A DNA stretch of 64,000 bases from Leptospira sp. (GCA_034439575.1 JAWXAQ010000002.1:211640-275639); one strand, 5' to 3'; shown: positions 1-12,090, numbered from the stretch's first letter. Translations and numbers: made by a program. Notes: generated from the letters alone by a model not told the origin.

Positions 1-11
1 TAATATTAGTA

Positions 12-37
12 AATCACCTAGGCAATACTAGGTGATT
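12..37. terminator. Hairpin / putative intrinsic terminator of a gene outside the window
   Basis: Perfect inverted repeat AATCACCTAG-gcaata-CTAGGTGATT. Confidence 0.45.
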
Positions 38-513
38 GTGCTACATCTCTCTAAGCGTGAGATGGAATCCTTACTCGGGCTGGTCTTACTATTATTTTTA
101 TTTTATTCCAAATTTGGGAATTCATAATATGATAATAATTTATTAAAAATTTTCTTTTCAATCTCATATCAAATTGCTTCGATAAATTTATGTTCGCTGG
201 TAAACCATAGGTCGATTTAAAAAAACTTCCAGACAAATTGTATATCTTGTGTTAAGTCTTTATACTTGATGCCAATGGAACTAAAGAAACAAAACTGAAT
301 TTTATTTTATGACTAGACTTTCAAAAGTTCAAAATAGAAGACGAAATTATTGGGTGCGGATGTCTAAAAGTGACAAATCCATTACTAAGTGATAAAGTAC
401 ATAAAATTCGGACTTATACGAAGAAAAATAATTGATTCCTTAAAATAAATTTTGGTATCAATCTAATGGTTTCGTCAAATGTTGAATGCACCTCATGCTG
501 GAAATAGACCGCA

Positions 514-1962
514 ATGCAAGAATCAGTAAGTAGCGACCAACTTGCAAAATTTGAATTTAGTGAAGACTCGTTAAATAGCTTCAGAAAGAACAAAAATATA
601 CCTATCGATTTATATGATCGTGATGGTAAAATTATCATGCCAAAAAAGAAAAATCCTTCTGAGGATGATTTTGGTAAATTGCTTAAATTTGAACTTCAAG
701 GTGCATATTATCTCGTCTCAGACCAAAAAAAAATGCGTCCGGGCATTTCAGAGACTGATTCTAGAAATGTAAAATTATTTGATACAGAGAAAACTACAGA
801 TTTTGCCAAACAAACTTCCATACTTATAGAAGAATTAAAAAGGGAATCTTTTTCCAACGAACATGCGCTAAAGGTTCATAATTCTGTCAGTGGAATTCTT
901 GATGACTTCACTGCAAATCCAGATTTTGAATCAGGTCTTTTTAATATTCTAGAAATTCTAAGTTCTGCTGGAGTATCTCTTGAATCTGAGTTAATGACCA
1001 AACGTACGATAGTTGCCATGGGTATGAAAGTCAGGACGAAAAAGATAGTCGCTGATGAAGACAATAAACCAAATAAAAAAGAACATTTAGCAATTATGAC
1101 TGCCAGTTTCTTAGCGGACATTGGATATTCAAAAATCAATATTCCCGAACGTCCGAATTTATCCAAAGAAGAATACGCTATCGTACAACAACATCCTATC
1201 TTGAGTTATTTGATGACATTGTCTTCTGGAGACGTCTCAACGGAAATTAGGACATTGGTATTAAATCACCATAGACCATTTCGCGGAAGTGGCCTAAATA
1301 ATAATTTTCCGGATCCGAAAATAGTTTTTTCAAAACTAATGATTGTTAGGGATAAGTTTTTAAAGGATTTAAACCGAGTAAAAATTGTGGAGGATATTGA
1401 AACTCAACTTCGTATCCAAGAAAGTAATGTAACGCCAGTGAATTTTGAAGAGGATGTTGCCATCATATCTCTTGCCAGCGAATTTGCTTCATTAACTTCA
1501 AATCAATCATGGAGACCGGCGTACTCTTCTGCAGATGCATTAAAGTTGATAGTTAATGATTCATTTTTTTCCTATAGTAATAAAAACATAAGACACTTGT
1601 TAGATTATGTCGGCGCTAGTTTAACAAATAATGAAAACATAATAAATATTGGTGATTTTGTAATTACAGCTTCCATAGATTCTGAAAAACAGGCGCATTT
1701 TGATATTTGCCAAATTTTAGATGTGGATCGTTTTCAAACTCGACCAAAAATTCAACGTATATGTTCTATTAAACCTATATTCAACCGAGGCAATCGATAT
1801 CGAATCACTGATTTTGATACAAACGAAATACGGATGGATAGGCGTCGTGCGATTATAGATCTAGCAGGCCAAACATCCAGTACACAAAGAATTATTTATA
1901 TTCTCGATCCAAAATTGAATGAAAAATTGTTCGATGCTGTAGTCAAAATCGCAAAACAATAA
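514..1962 (+). CDS. HD-GYP-like (c-di-GMP phosphodiesterase family) protein, degenerate active site
   Basis: 482-aa ORF with an HD-GYP-like core (FLADIGY...HPILSY...NHHRPFRGSG...RPAY), but HD reads AD and HHE reads HHR. Confidence 0.65.
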   Translation: MQESVSSDQLAKFEFSEDSLNSFRKNKNIPIDLYDRDGKIIMPKKKNPSEDDFGKLLKFELQGAYYLVSDQKKMRPGISETDSRNVKLFDTEKTTDFAKQTSILIEELKRESFSNEHALKVHNSVSGILDDFTANPDFESGLFNILEILSSAGVSLESELMTKRTIVAMGMKVRTKKIVADEDNKPNKKEHLAIMTASFLADIGYSKINIPERPNLSKEEYAIVQQHPILSYLMTLSSGDVSTEIRTLVLNHHRPFRGSGLNNNFPDPKIVFSKLMIVRDKFLKDLNRVKIVEDIETQLRIQESNVTPVNFEEDVAIISLASEFASLTSNQSWRPAYSSADALKLIVNDSFFSYSNKNIRHLLDYVGASLTNNENIINIGDFVITASIDSEKQAHFDICQILDVDRFQTRPKIQRICSIKPIFNRGNRYRITDFDTNEIRMDRRRAIIDLAGQTSSTQRIIYILDPKLNEKLFDAVVKIAKQ

Positions 1963-1999
1963 TTAGGCAAATTTCGGTTTTTATCGATTTGGTTTTTTG

Positions 2000-2026
2000 G
2001 AATTATAATTGTTCTAATTATAATTC
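2000..2026. promoter_or_regulatory. AT-rich palindrome upstream of hemerythrin gene; Fur/PerR-like box candidate
   Basis: GAATTATAATT-gttct-AATTATAATTC (11-5-11); contains TTATAATTGTTCTAA, resembling the Per box TTATAATnATTATAA. Confidence 0.35.
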
Positions 2027-2144
2027 TATCGAATTCAATATATCATTAAGAACCAAAATTTGAAATCAAATACTTCAAAATAAGTTTTATACTATATATT
2101 GATATTTGTTTAAACTCTAATCATAGAAAATCTAATGACGGTGA

Positions 2145-3275
2145 ATGAGTGATTCATGTCATGGTAACAAAATGAAAATAGACGAAGTCAAACACGTCGA
2201 ATCACTCAAAAAAGTTTGGAATAGTGAACCTTTCTCGCTTGGCATTCCTGTCATTGACTTACAACATTTATGGTTAGTGAATTTAATATTAAAACTCGAA
2301 GAAACACTAACAGATGTCACACTTGGATCATTTTCGGCTGAGATAAAATCAACTTTTACACATGCTTTGGAATACGTTTCAGAGCATTTTTCATTAGAAG
2401 AAGAAATATTAGAACATTTTAATTACCCAAATTTTGATCAACATGTTCGTGGACATCGGAGTTTCGTAGCGAAACTTGCAGAAAAATTCAATCACTCTGA
2501 GAATGATGAAGTGGCGGCCCTGGGATTACTTCAAATTTTAAAAAAATGGTTATTTCAACATATTTTACATGAAGATTCTGACTATGCGAATTTTTTTAAA
2601 AGCAAAGATGTTAGGTTAAATTTATTTTTAACTAAACTATTAAAAGAAAACAAATATAGGGTGACTAAAGAACAGATATTATTGTATAAAAATATTTCTA
2701 CTCCAGAAGAAATTTCTGCAGTCGAAACTTCTGAAACTCATGATAGTATAACGGACATTAAGAAAATCTGGAAAACATACAATTTATCAACTAACATTCC
2801 TATCATTGATTTGCAACATATTTGGCTTTTGAAAATAATTGTTGAGTTAAGTTATGCATTAAATTCTGGAGAGGTACCAAAAGATTTTTTGCAAAAGTCT
2901 ATAAACAATGTGATCGCTTACACAAAGGATCATTTCTCAGTCGAAGATCGTATTATGAGACAATTTCGATTTAACGATTTTGCGAATCATATGTCTCAAC
3001 ACAAACGATTTATCGAATTTGTACAATTGCGACACGAGGAAAATCGGTTAGGTGAACATCATGTGGCATCTCACTTAATCCAAGATTTGAAAAATTGGCT
3101 ACTTTCTCACATTGCCTTTGAGGATAAAAAAATTGGTATCGCATTTGCTTCAAAGGTAAGGGAGTTATCGGAATTTACAAAAACTTTGCATCAAAACGGT
3201 GAAGTTACAATTTCCGCGGAGCAGAAAAATCTCTATAAAGCGATTTTACAAGACGATTCCGAACCTTCCATTTAG
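2145..3275 (+). CDS. Tandem two-domain bacteriohemerythrin
   Basis: Two repeats of IDLQH...HFxxE(E/D)...H-x3-H...HIxxED di-iron ligand motifs; start could be 2172. Confidence 0.85.
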   Translation: MSDSCHGNKMKIDEVKHVESLKKVWNSEPFSLGIPVIDLQHLWLVNLILKLEETLTDVTLGSFSAEIKSTFTHALEYVSEHFSLEEEILEHFNYPNFDQHVRGHRSFVAKLAEKFNHSENDEVAALGLLQILKKWLFQHILHEDSDYANFFKSKDVRLNLFLTKLLKENKYRVTKEQILLYKNISTPEEISAVETSETHDSITDIKKIWKTYNLSTNIPIIDLQHIWLLKIIVELSYALNSGEVPKDFLQKSINNVIAYTKDHFSVEDRIMRQFRFNDFANHMSQHKRFIEFVQLRHEENRLGEHHVASHLIQDLKNWLLSHIAFEDKKIGIAFASKVRELSEFTKTLHQNGEVTISAEQKNLYKAILQDDSEPSI

Positions 3276-3325
3276 GGTTTTTCAATTGCCTTCTGGATTT
3301 TTCATAGAAAACCTGTATCTAGACC

Positions 3326-4792
3326 ATGGAATACGAAGTAATTATCGGACTAGAAGTTCACGTTCAATTAAACACCAAATCAAAGATTTTTTCAACGGCC
3401 ACAAATGAATTTGGTGGTTCTCCAAATACCCATATTTCGACACTTTGTGTCGCCCTACCTGGCACCTTGCCCGTATTAAATGAAGTAGTTTTGGAAAAAG
3501 CTGTCCGGGCAGGCCTTGCTCTTGGATGTGAAATTACACAATTTACAAAATTTGACCGTAAAAATTATTTTTATCCTGATTTACCAAAAGGTTATCAGAT
3601 ATCACAATTTGACAAACCTTATGCGACAAAAGGTGGCCTCCATGTAAAGTGGAAAGGTCAGGAAACAGAAAAATTTGTTCCACTAACGCGTATTCATATG
3701 GAAGAGGATGCTGGAAAATTAATACACTCTCATGATTCTTCTGTCAATCGTTCTTATGTTGATTACAATAGAGCAGGTACTCCACTCATTGAAATAGTTT
3801 CTGAACCAGACATCCGATCTTCAGACGAAGCTTATGCATATCTCAATGAATTAAAAACTCTGCTACGTTATGTGCAAGTTTCGGATTGTAATATGGAAGA
3901 GGGCTCACTTCGTTGTGATGCGAACGTATCCATTCGCCCAATAGGTGAAAAGGGTTTTAGAACGAGAGTTGAAATTAAAAACCTGAACTCGTTTAAGGCC
4001 GTAAAACAAGCAATAGACTATGAGATAGAATGGCAAAAGGATGTTTATTCCAGAGGTGAATCATTCAAACAAATGACAAAACTTTGGGATGCTGCACTTT
4101 TAAAAACGATTCCGATGCGTAGTAAAGAGATGAGTCACGACTATCGCTATTTCCCAGAACCAGACCTTCCATCACTTGTGATTACTGACAAATATATTGA
4201 TGATATTCGTAGGCATTTGCCAGAACTTCCTCGCGCCAAAAAAGAAAGATATATTAAAGAACTAGGATTACCCGAGTATGATTCAGAAGTTTTAACAAGC
4301 GAAAGAGAAATTGCTGAATATTTTGAAAAGGCATTAGAAATTTCCAAAGATGCCAAAAAAACATCTAACTGGGTAAAAGATGAAGTATTGGGCATCGTTA
4401 ATAAAGAAAGTATTACAATCAATGAATTTAGTGTTGGACCAGAACGAATTGGAAAGTTAGTCGCCCTGATTAACAGCGGTGAGATTTCTGGAAAAATTGC
4501 AAAGACTGTCTTTGAAGAAATGTTAACATCCTCTGATGCCCCAGATAAAATTGTCGAAGCCAAAGGATTAAAAGTGGTTCGTGATGACAAAGCCTTGGAA
4601 GAAATCGTTATACGGGTGTTAGAAACTCAAAAGGAATCGGTGGAAGCTTGGAATAATGGAAAAGATAGAGCACTCGGTGCCATTGTCGGAGCAGTGATGA
4701 AAGAAACAAAAGGAAAAGCGGATCCGAAAATGGTGAATGATTTAATATTAGCGAAACTTGGACCACTTGGCGAAAAAAAAGCCAAAGAGTAA
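3326..4792 (+). CDS. gatB: Asp-tRNA(Asn)/Glu-tRNA(Gln) amidotransferase subunit B
   Basis: [42 protein letters not shown] and YRYFPEPDL motifs. Confidence 0.98.
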   Translation: MEYEVIIGLEVHVQLNTKSKIFSTATNEFGGSPNTHISTLCVALPGTLPVLNEVVLEKAVRAGLALGCEITQFTKFDRKNYFYPDLPKGYQISQFDKPYATKGGLHVKWKGQETEKFVPLTRIHMEEDAGKLIHSHDSSVNRSYVDYNRAGTPLIEIVSEPDIRSSDEAYAYLNELKTLLRYVQVSDCNMEEGSLRCDANVSIRPIGEKGFRTRVEIKNLNSFKAVKQAIDYEIEWQKDVYSRGESFKQMTKLWDAALLKTIPMRSKEMSHDYRYFPEPDLPSLVITDKYIDDIRRHLPELPRAKKERYIKELGLPEYDSEVLTSEREIAEYFEKALEISKDAKKTSNWVKDEVLGIVNKESITINEFSVGPERIGKLVALINSGEISGKIAKTVFEEMLTSSDAPDKIVEAKGLKVVRDDKALEEIVIRVLETQKESVEAWNNGKDRALGAIVGAVMKETKGKADPKMVNDLILAKLGPLGEKKAKE

Positions 4793-4798
4793 AAATTT

Positions 4799-5356
4799 TT
4801 ATAAATAAGTAACAGAACCAAAATCTATTTTCATGCGAAAAGCCTTCTCTAAAGGGAGGCTTTTTTTATGACATATCAATACTCGAATCGGTGCTGAATG
4901 GGAAACAACCAACAATTTTTGGATTCCTAATTTTTTCATTTTGGGCAATTCTTGATGTAACCACCATTCGTTGGCAAAATCCATCACTCTCGTTTGCAGT
5001 TCTACAAAGGATTCTCCGTTAGGTGCATTTAAATTTACAAAATCATCTAGCCATTTAGATGTTTCTGTTTTTGGAAGTTCTTCCCACATTTTTCCTTCCC
5101 AATCTCCAAAATGCATTTCCATCAAACGTTCGTCAGTTTCCAATTCCTTGATTCCAAAATGCTTTGCGATTTCATCCGCCAGCCTTTTGGCTCTGGGGAG
5201 GGGACTCGAGATAATGTAATCAGGTGCATTTACCAATTGGGAAACAACCTTATCCTTAGTGATTGAAGGAGATTCTTTTAATTCTAAGTCCAATCTACCG
5301 TAACACATCCCTTTCGGTGCAATGGTTTCCGGATGTCTCACCAAAATGATTTCCAT
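4799..5356 (-). CDS. Histidine phosphatase family protein (alpha-ribazole phosphatase CobC-like)
   Basis: LVRHP, SSPLx[20 protein letters not shown] and VSH motifs; start trimmed to MEIILVRH. Confidence 0.8.
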   Translation of the reverse strand: MEIILVRHPETIAPKGMCYGRLDLELKESPSITKDKVVSQLVNAPDYIISSPLPRAKRLADEIAKHFGIKELETDERLMEMHFGDWEGKMWEELPKTETSKWLDDFVNLNAPNGESFVELQTRVMDFANEWWLHQELPKMKKLGIQKLLVVSHSAPIRVLICHKKSLPLEKAFRMKIDFGSVTYL

Positions 5357-5500
5357 TTCATTCCCCACGTATTTTCCAGTTTTTGCGGTTGGATTCTGAC
5401 ATCCATTCCAAGTTTTGGTCAATCGGCTCAAATTTTCCTTAAGAGAAATTTCAAGCTGACTTTACGCCCAAAGCCATTTGAGCCACTATGTCACTTGACC

Positions 5501-8500
5501 ATGGACGATTTTACTCATCTTCACCTTCATACTACGTACTCAATGCTGGATGGAGCGATCCGTATTCCAGATTTGATGAAAAAAGTGAAGGAATTGGGTA
5601 TGAGTAGTGTCGCTATTACCGATCACGGAAATATGTATGGGGCTATTGAGTTCTATAAAGAAGCAGTTAAACACGATGTCAAACCGATCATAGGTTGTGA
5701 ATTTTATGTGACTCCTTCCCGTTCTGCAGAAACGGAGTTAGACGAAATTGCAGATGGGGGTGCCTATCACATTATACTACTTTGCAAAAATGAAATCGGT
5801 TATAAAAATATAATTAAACTTGCAAGTAGATCTTTCACCGAAGGATTTTATCGAAAACCAAGAATCGACTACGACCTGTTAGAACGTCATAGCGAAGGTC
5901 TTGTGTGTTTGACGGCTTGCCTTGCTGGCGAAGTAAACAGGAAAATCCTCGAAGGAAAAGAAGACAAAGCATATGCGTTAGCTGGTAAGCTTCATGAAAT
6001 TTTTCGCAAGGAAGATTTTTATCTTGAGATTCAAGATCATGGTATCCCTGAACAAAAAACAGTGGCAGAAGCCGTCATTGGATTTTCTAAAAGAACAGGC
6101 ATTCCCTTAGTATTAACAAATGATTCTCATTTTTTAACAAAAGACGACCGTGAAGCGCAAGACATTCTGCTAAGAATCGGAATGCGAAAAAATATTGATG
6201 ATGAAATGCGATTTGGATTCAATCAAAATTTTTATGTAAAGAGTCCGAAAGAAATGTTCGGATTGTTTCCTGGACATGAAGCCGCATTTTATAATACATT
6301 AGCCATCCGTGATAAATGTTCTTTAAATTTCCAATTTGGAAATCCACTTTTACCACCTTTCGATGTACCAGCTGGTTACGATACGGATAGTTATCTTGAA
6401 AAATTAGTTTGGGATGGCATCAAAGAAAAATATCCTGATATGTCTCAAATTATAAAAGAGAGAACCGAATTTGAAATGCAAACGATTCGTAACATGCATT
6501 TTGCGGGATACTTTTTAATCGTACAGGATTATATCAATTTTGCACGTCATACGGGAATTCCTGTTGGTCCAGGACGAGGTTCTGCAGCTGGAAGTATCAT
6601 TGCATATGCATTAGGAATTACGAATGTAGATCCAATCCGTTACAATCTACTATTTGAACGATTTTTAAATCCTGACAGAAAGGATATGCCTGATATTGAT
6701 ACAGACTTTTGTGTGGAACGTCGCGAAGAAGTCATCAATTACATCAAACAAAAGTATGGTGAAAATAGAGTAGGCCAAATTATAACATTTGGATCCCTGG
6801 CGGCAAAGGCTGCCATCAAAGACGTCGCTCGTGTTTTCAATGTTCCATTTTCAGAAGTAAATGAGATGAGTAAACTATTTCCGAAAAAAATCGGAATCAC
6901 CATCCAGGAAGCAGTAGAAACTTCTAAAGACCTTAAGGATCTTTCTGAAAAATCTGAACTGAATAAAAAAGTATTTTCCATTGCACAAAAGCTTGAAGGT
7001 AATTATCGTCAAGTGGGCCGTCATGCGGCTGGTGTTGTTATCGCACCGATCGCTCTGGAAGAGATTGTTCCTTTATCGACCGTTAGTGAACCTGGGCGAG
7101 ATGGACGTTCTATAGTCACTCAATTCGACAAAAATATGTCGGAGCAAGTGGGTCTTATAAAAATGGATATTTTAGGTTTAAAAAACCTAACAACAATTCA
7201 TCATGCAGTCCAATTGATCAAAAAACGCCATGGAATCTTGCTTGATTTAGATAAAATTCCATTAGATGATCACAAAACTTTTAGTTTGCTTCGTAAGGCC
7301 AATGTCCTTGGTATTTTCCAACTGGATTCTTCTACAGGAATTCGAGATCTTTTTGCAAAAGCCCAAGTCCAAAAGTTTGAAGAGATCGCCGCATTGCTCG
7401 CGTTATATAGACCAGGACCAATGGGTTCTGGTATGTTGGATGATTATTTAGATAGGAAAAACGGAAAGAAAAAAGTACAATTCCCTCATGAGAGTCTTGC
7501 TGAAGTTCTTTCCGAAACTTATGGAGTTATCGTATACCAAGAGCAGGTGATGGGAATATCGCGTATTATGGGCGGATTCTCAGTAGGTGACTCGGATGTA
7601 CTTCGTAAGGCGATGGCCAAAAAGGATAAGTCAAAATTACCTGCGCTCAAAGAAAAATTTGTGAAAGGTGCCGCAGAAAATAAAATAAATGAAAAATTGG
7701 CCACTGAACTTTTTGAGACATTAGAAAAATTTGGTGAATATGGATTTAATAAATCACACTCTGTAGCTTATGCCTTCGTAACGTATCAAACCGCCTTTTT
7801 AAAAGCAAATTATACTATTGAATATCTCACAGCACTTTTGTCAGGTGATCATTCTAAGATCACAGATGTCGTAAAATACATTAACAATGCTAAGGAAATG
7901 GGGATTCGAATCCTTGGACCAGACCTTTGTGAATCGGGATTGTCATTTGAAATCACAGATGATAAAACCATTCGTTTTGGTCTATCATCTATCAAAGGTG
8001 TTGGCGAACTTGCCGCAGAAAATATTTTAACCAATAGACGAAAGTTAGGTGTTTATAAGTCTATAGAAGATATAGCCAAACATTTGGACACAAGACTTGC
8101 CAACAAAAAAGTTATGGAAGCCTTGGCACAAGGTGGCGCTTTCGATTCATTCGGTTTTACTCGAAAATGTATTTTTGAATCCACAGATTCCATTTTATCT
8201 TATGCACAAAAAAAACAGGCGGAAGAAAAAGATGGTCAGTTTTCTTTGTTTGGTGGCACAACAGGTGTGGCGGATGGCTATGTCTTAAACTTACCAAAAG
8301 ACGGCATCGAATGGGAGTTTGATGAACTTTTAAAAAAAGAAAAAGAAACTACTGGTCTTTATCTTTCCGGACATCCACTCGATAAATATGCAGAACAATT
8401 AAAGACTTTAAAGCCGATCCTGATTGAAAATTTAGAAAACGTAAAACCAAAATCAAAAGTTGAAGTTGCTGGTGTATTATCAAAGAAAATGATAAAACTC

Positions 8501-9001
8501 ACGAAAAAGAAAGAAGAGTTTATCAACTTTATGATTGAAGATCAAACTGGCGAGATTGAATGTGTAGCCTTTCCACGAACTTATGCCGACTTCAAACCTC
8601 TATTTTTAGAAGATAAAACTTTATTTATTAAAGGAGTATTGGAAAGAGTAGATGTTGAAGAATCGGAATTAAAAGGTCAAATTATTGTAAATCAAGTCGA
8701 AGAACTAAATAAAATTACAATCGAGAAAAAAATGGAGAAGGCTCTCCATTTAACGATCGATATGCTTGAGGATAAAAATAGAGAAATCATATTAAAAATT
8801 CAAGATCTGTTTTCTGTGCATAGAGGAAGCTCAGCTGTATTCTTTCATTTGGTGAGTGATGGTGATGAAAAGAAAGTCATTCGAGCTCATGATCATTTTT
8901 CTATCGAGATAACCAGTGACCTTATGAAAATTTTATCAGAAATGTTAGGGAAAGGAAGTGTGCGTTATACAATCGGAGAAGAAGTCAGAGTTTTTGGTTA
9001 G
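5501..9001 (+). CDS. dnaE: DNA polymerase III subunit alpha
   Basis: PHP domain [36 protein letters not shown] fold; start trimmed to MDDFTHLH. Confidence 0.98.
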   Translation: MDDFTHLHLHTTYSMLDGAIRIPDLMKKVKELGMSSVAITDHGNMYGAIEFYKEAVKHDVKPIIGCEFYVTPSRSAETELDEIADGGAYHIILLCKNEIGYKNIIKLASRSFTEGFYRKPRIDYDLLERHSEGLVCLTACLAGEVNRKILEGKEDKAYALAGKLHEIFRKEDFYLEIQDHGIPEQKTVAEAVIGFSKRTGIPLVLTNDSHFLTKDDREAQDILLRIGMRKNIDDEMRFGFNQNFYVKSPKEMFGLFPGHEAAFYNTLAIRDKCSLNFQFGNPLLPPFDVPAGYDTDSYLEKLVWDGIKEKYPDMSQIIKERTEFEMQTIRNMHFAGYFLIVQDYINFARHTGIPVGPGRGSAAGSIIAYALGITNVDPIRYNLLFERFLNPDRKDMPDIDTDFCVERREEVINYIKQKYGENRVGQIITFGSLAAKAAIKDVARVFNVPFSEVNEMSKLFPKKIGITIQEAVETSKDLKDLSEKSELNKKVFSIAQKLEGNYRQVGRHAAGVVIAPIALEEIVPLSTVSEPGRDGRSIVTQFDKNMSEQVGLIKMDILGLKNLTTIHHAVQLIKKRHGILLDLDKIPLDDHKTFSLLRKANVLGIFQLDSSTGIRDLFAKAQVQKFEEIAALLALYRPGPMGSGMLDDYLDRKNGKKKVQFPHESLAEVLSETYGVIVYQEQVMGISRIMGGFSVGDSDVLRKAMAKKDKSKLPALKEKFVKGAAENKINEKLATELFETLEKFGEYGFNKSHSVAYAFVTYQTAFLKANYTIEYLTALLSGDHSKITDVVKYINNAKEMGIRILGPDLCESGLSFEITDDKTIRFGLSSIKGVGELAAENILTNRRKLGVYKSIEDIAKHLDTRLANKKVMEALAQGGAFDSFGFTRKCIFESTDSILSYAQKKQAEEKDGQFSLFGGTTGVADGYVLNLPKDGIEWEFDELLKKEKETTGLYLSGHPLDKYAEQLKTLKPILIENLENVKPKSKVEVAGVLSKKMIKLTKKKEEFINFMIEDQTGEIECVAFPRTYADFKPLFLEDKTLFIKGVLERVDVEESELKGQIIVNQVEELNKITIEKKMEKALHLTIDMLEDKNREIILKIQDLFSVHRGSSAVFFHLVSDGDEKKVIRAHDHFSIEITSDLMKILSEMLGKGSVRYTIGEEVRVFG

Positions 9002-9011
9002 GTGATCGCAT

Positions 9012-10109
9012 TTGACTTTCATCAATGAATTAAATATTTTAGAATTTCTTTGGCTTGGTTCTGGTGGCATTGTTTGTATCATTTGGGCGATTCAGCAATA
9101 TATAGAAAATCAGAAAAAAGAAAGTTTTGTTTGGTCAATCATTCTGTTTTCCACCGGCTTTTGGTTGTTATCTGGATCTTTTTTCTTTACGGGACTATTT
9201 CGGTTGTTTCCTTATTTTAGCGTCATTCATATTCCCATGGTATTTTTATCTGCTACGTTTCTCTATGAATACTTAAAGTTTGTATTTTTGGAAATTAAGA
9301 TTCAATTTCGTTTGTTTCATTTTTTTCCTTTTATAGTTTCTATATTACTTATCATTCCATATTTTACTTTGTCCAAAGCAGAAATGGTTTCCCTTTTTTT
9401 GCCAATGAATGATGAAATTTTTCCTTCTATCATTAGAATTCTTAATCTTTCTTTAAAATTATCCATTTTCGTTTCTGTTGGATTATTTTTATTTAAAGAT
9501 TGGCTACCGAATGTAAAACTAAGATTATTTTTACAGAAGAACGCAATCTATACACTAGCTTTTATTATATTGATATGGCTTGATCTAATCATCGGCATAT
9601 TTGGTTTCTTTTTGCAAAGGGAAGAATTGAAAAAAATAAGTGCTTATCTTTTACCATTAATTATGTATTTTTATTTTTTTACGAGGTCACTTTGGTCACC
9701 GTTTCTTTTTGATTTAAAGGAAAATATTCAGAAAAATAAATACCAAAAAACAAAGTTAGCTGGTATAGATTTAAAATCAATCGAATACAAATTGCAAAAA
9801 CTCATGAAAGAAAAAATATTCTGTGATGAAGATTTAAGTTTATCCGATCTAGCATTACTTGTGGGTATCAAACAAGGACAATTGTCTGAATATTTTCAAA
9901 AACAGTATGGTTACGGATTTTATCATTATATAAATAAATTTAGAATCGAAGAAGCAAAAATTTTACTTGGAGAGTCGAGTCATAGATCTGTTTTATCAAT
10001 TGCAGATTCTGTGGGTTTTAATTCTAAGTCTACATTCAATCGAGTGTTTTTGGATTTAGTTGGTAAAACTCCGAGTGAATATAAAATCCAAATTTCCCAT
10101 AAACAATAA
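9012..10109 (+). CDS. Membrane-anchored AraC family transcriptional regulator
   Basis: N-terminal multi-TM region; C-terminal AraC HTH (FYHYINKFRIEEAK...SVGFNSKSTFNRVF...GKTPSEY). Confidence 0.9.
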   Translation: MTFINELNILEFLWLGSGGIVCIIWAIQQYIENQKKESFVWSIILFSTGFWLLSGSFFFTGLFRLFPYFSVIHIPMVFLSATFLYEYLKFVFLEIKIQFRLFHFFPFIVSILLIIPYFTLSKAEMVSLFLPMNDEIFPSIIRILNLSLKLSIFVSVGLFLFKDWLPNVKLRLFLQKNAIYTLAFIILIWLDLIIGIFGFFLQREELKKISAYLLPLIMYFYFFTRSLWSPFLFDLKENIQKNKYQKTKLAGIDLKSIEYKLQKLMKEKIFCDEDLSLSDLALLVGIKQGQLSEYFQKQYGYGFYHYINKFRIEEAKILLGESSHRSVLSIADSVGFNSKSTFNRVFLDLVGKTPSEYKIQISHKQ

Positions 10110-10124
10110 TTTAAATCTTTTTTT

Positions 10125-10146
10125 GTCCTAGAGAATTCTATAGGAC
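10125..10146. promoter_or_regulatory. Palindromic putative operator between AraC gene and acyl-CoA ligase
   Basis: GTCCTAGAGAATTCTATAGGAC, 20/22 self-complementary. Confidence 0.5.
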
Positions 10147-10197
10147 GACTAAGGCATCAGCTTCTATTAAAATTCATATAATTTAGGGGTTAATTGT

Positions 10198-12090
10198 ATG
10201 AACAATTTAATTGAATTTTATTTAAGCTTAAAAACTAAATATAAAGATAAACCAGCATTCGCTTCGAAGTTACATGGAAGCAAACAATTTCAAACAAAAT
10301 CTTACGCAGAGTTAATCGATTTATCATTAGCTTTTAGTGAGGGTATTTCTTTTTTAAATGTCGGGGATAGAGTTGGGTTTTTCGCTGATAACAGTTTTGA
10401 ATGGATGGTTACTAGTATAGGAATTACTTTCGCTGGTTGTGTCGATGTCCCAAGAGCTAGTGATGTAACAGAACAAGATATTGAATTTATTCTGAATCAT
10501 TCGGAAGCGAAACTCGTGGTAGTTGAAAATACAAATCTAGCACTTCGTGTTTTAAATCTTCAATCAAAATTGAATCATTTAAAATACATCCTGATATTGG
10601 ATGGCGACTTACCAAAACAATCTTCTAAATTGGAAATACTATTGTACAAAAATATAATAGAGACTGGTCAAAAGAAATTAAATATCAGTAATTCAAATAT
10701 CCAAAATATTATAAATCAAGTATCTCCGAATGATTTATTTACTTTGATTTATACTTCTGGAACGACAGGAACTCCCAAAGGTGTTATGCTAACTCATGCG
10801 AATTTATTATCGCAAATAGAACGTACGCCTGTTACATTATCAACCCAAGATTGTGCAATATCAATTTTACCTATCTGGCATATATTCGAACGAACATTTG
10901 AATTATTTTCAATGGCAAATGGAGTATGTACGTATTATACAAATATTAGAAGTCTCAAAGAGGATTTAGCCATTGTTAAGCCTACATTTATGGCATCAGC
11001 TCCTAGATTATGGGAAAGTATATATGGGGGAATCCTTGGGAACATTAGCAAGTCTCCAAGAACCAAACAGGTGATGTTTGAAATTGCCACAACTTTAGGA
11101 AAAATCCAGTTTCAGACAACGCAGATATTATTCGGAAATGATTTACGACTAGATAATCTTTCTATATGGATTCGTTTATATTCCCTATTCACAGCATTTT
11201 GCTTATGGGCATTTACCTACCTACCATACTTATTATTTGATGCACTTGTCTTAAGCAAAATTCGTAATGCCACGGGTGGCCGATTGAGAGGTTCTGTTTC
11301 AGGCGGTGGGGCTCTCCCATTTCATATTGATGAATTTTTTAATTCGATAGGGATTCCTGTTTTAGAAGGTTATGGTATGACGGAAACCTCTCCAGTGATC
11401 GCAGTGAGAAGCTTTTCTTCGTTAGTTGCTGGAACTGTGGGTCCATTATATATAGATACTTCTTTAAGACTAGTCGATATAAAAACTGGTGAAGTTTTTC
11501 TAGATACAGAGATCGGAAAAATAGTGTATGGAAAAAAAGGAGAGATCCATGTCAAGGGCCCGCAAGTTATGGCTGGCTATTATAAAAATCCAGAGGCAAC
11601 TAACAAGGTATTGAAGGATGGATGGATGAATACCGGGGATTTGGGTTTAATGACTGCAAATGATTGTCTAAAAATTGTAGGTCGGACAAAAGAGACAATC
11701 GTGTTACTTGGTGGGGAAAATGTGGAACCTGTTCCCATTGAAGCAAAACTTTTAGAATCGGAATGGATTGATCAGATTATGGTCGTTGGTCAAGATAGAA
11801 AATTCTTATCTGCTTTAGTGGTTCCAAATCAAATTCTAGTACAAAATCTAGATGTGGATTTATCGCAGGGAAAAAATATAAATAAATTAAAAGAAAAAAT
11901 CCAACAAGAAATTAAATCAAAGATCAATGCTGATACTGGGTTTAAAAGTTTTGAAAGAGTTGTTGATGTTTCCATTCTCACCAAACCTTTTGAAGTCGGA
12001 GATGAATTGACAGCTAAATTGTCCCTGAAACGTCATGTCATCCTTGAAAAGTACCAAGACTTGATAGAAAATATTTATAAAGGGAAATAA
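10198..12090 (+). CDS. Long-chain fatty acid--CoA ligase (FadD-like)
   Basis: AMP-binding YTSGTTGTPKG, GYGMTET, GWMNTGDLG and GGENVEP motifs. Confidence 0.92.
   Translation: MNNLIEFYLSLKTKYKDKPAFASKLHGSKQFQTKSYAELIDLSLAFSEGISFLNVGDRVGFFADNSFEWMVTSIGITFAGCVDVPRASDVTEQDIEFILNHSEAKLVVVENTNLALRVLNLQSKLNHLKYILILDGDLPKQSSKLEILLYKNIIETGQKKLNISNSNIQNIINQVSPNDLFTLIYTSGTTGTPKGVMLTHANLLSQIERTPVTLSTQDCAISILPIWHIFERTFELFSMANGVCTYYTNIRSLKEDLAIVKPTFMASAPRLWESIYGGILGNISKSPRTKQVMFEIATTLGKIQFQTTQILFGNDLRLDNLSIWIRLYSLFTAFCLWAFTYLPYLLFDALVLSKIRNATGGRLRGSVSGGGALPFHIDEFFNSIGIPVLEGYGMTETSPVIAVRSFSSLVAGTVGPLYIDTSLRLVDIKTGEVFLDTEIGKIVYGKKGEIHVKGPQVMAGYYKNPEATNKVLKDGWMNTGDLGLMTANDCLKIVGRTKETIVLLGGENVEPVPIEAKLLESEWIDQIMVVGQDRKFLSALVVPNQILVQNLDVDLSQGKNINKLKEKIQQEIKSKINADTGFKSFERVVDVSILTKPFEVGDELTAKLSLKRHVILEKYQDLIENIYKGK

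Noticed and set aside
51-413. Short ORF 51-236 (-) and AT-rich left flank
   Set aside because: No recognisable motif or RBS; cannot be supported as a gene or remnant.
5333-5500. 56-aa N-terminal extension of DnaE and 25-aa extension of the phosphatase in the ORF track
   Set aside because: The two extensions overlap each other; the conserved domains start at 5501 (+) and 5356 (-).
5357-5500. Cobalamin riboswitch upstream of the CobC-like gene
   Set aside because: No B12-box or other conserved riboswitch elements are visible.
5501-9001. Intein in DnaE
   Set aside because: Length and motif order are normal; no intein splice-junction motifs.
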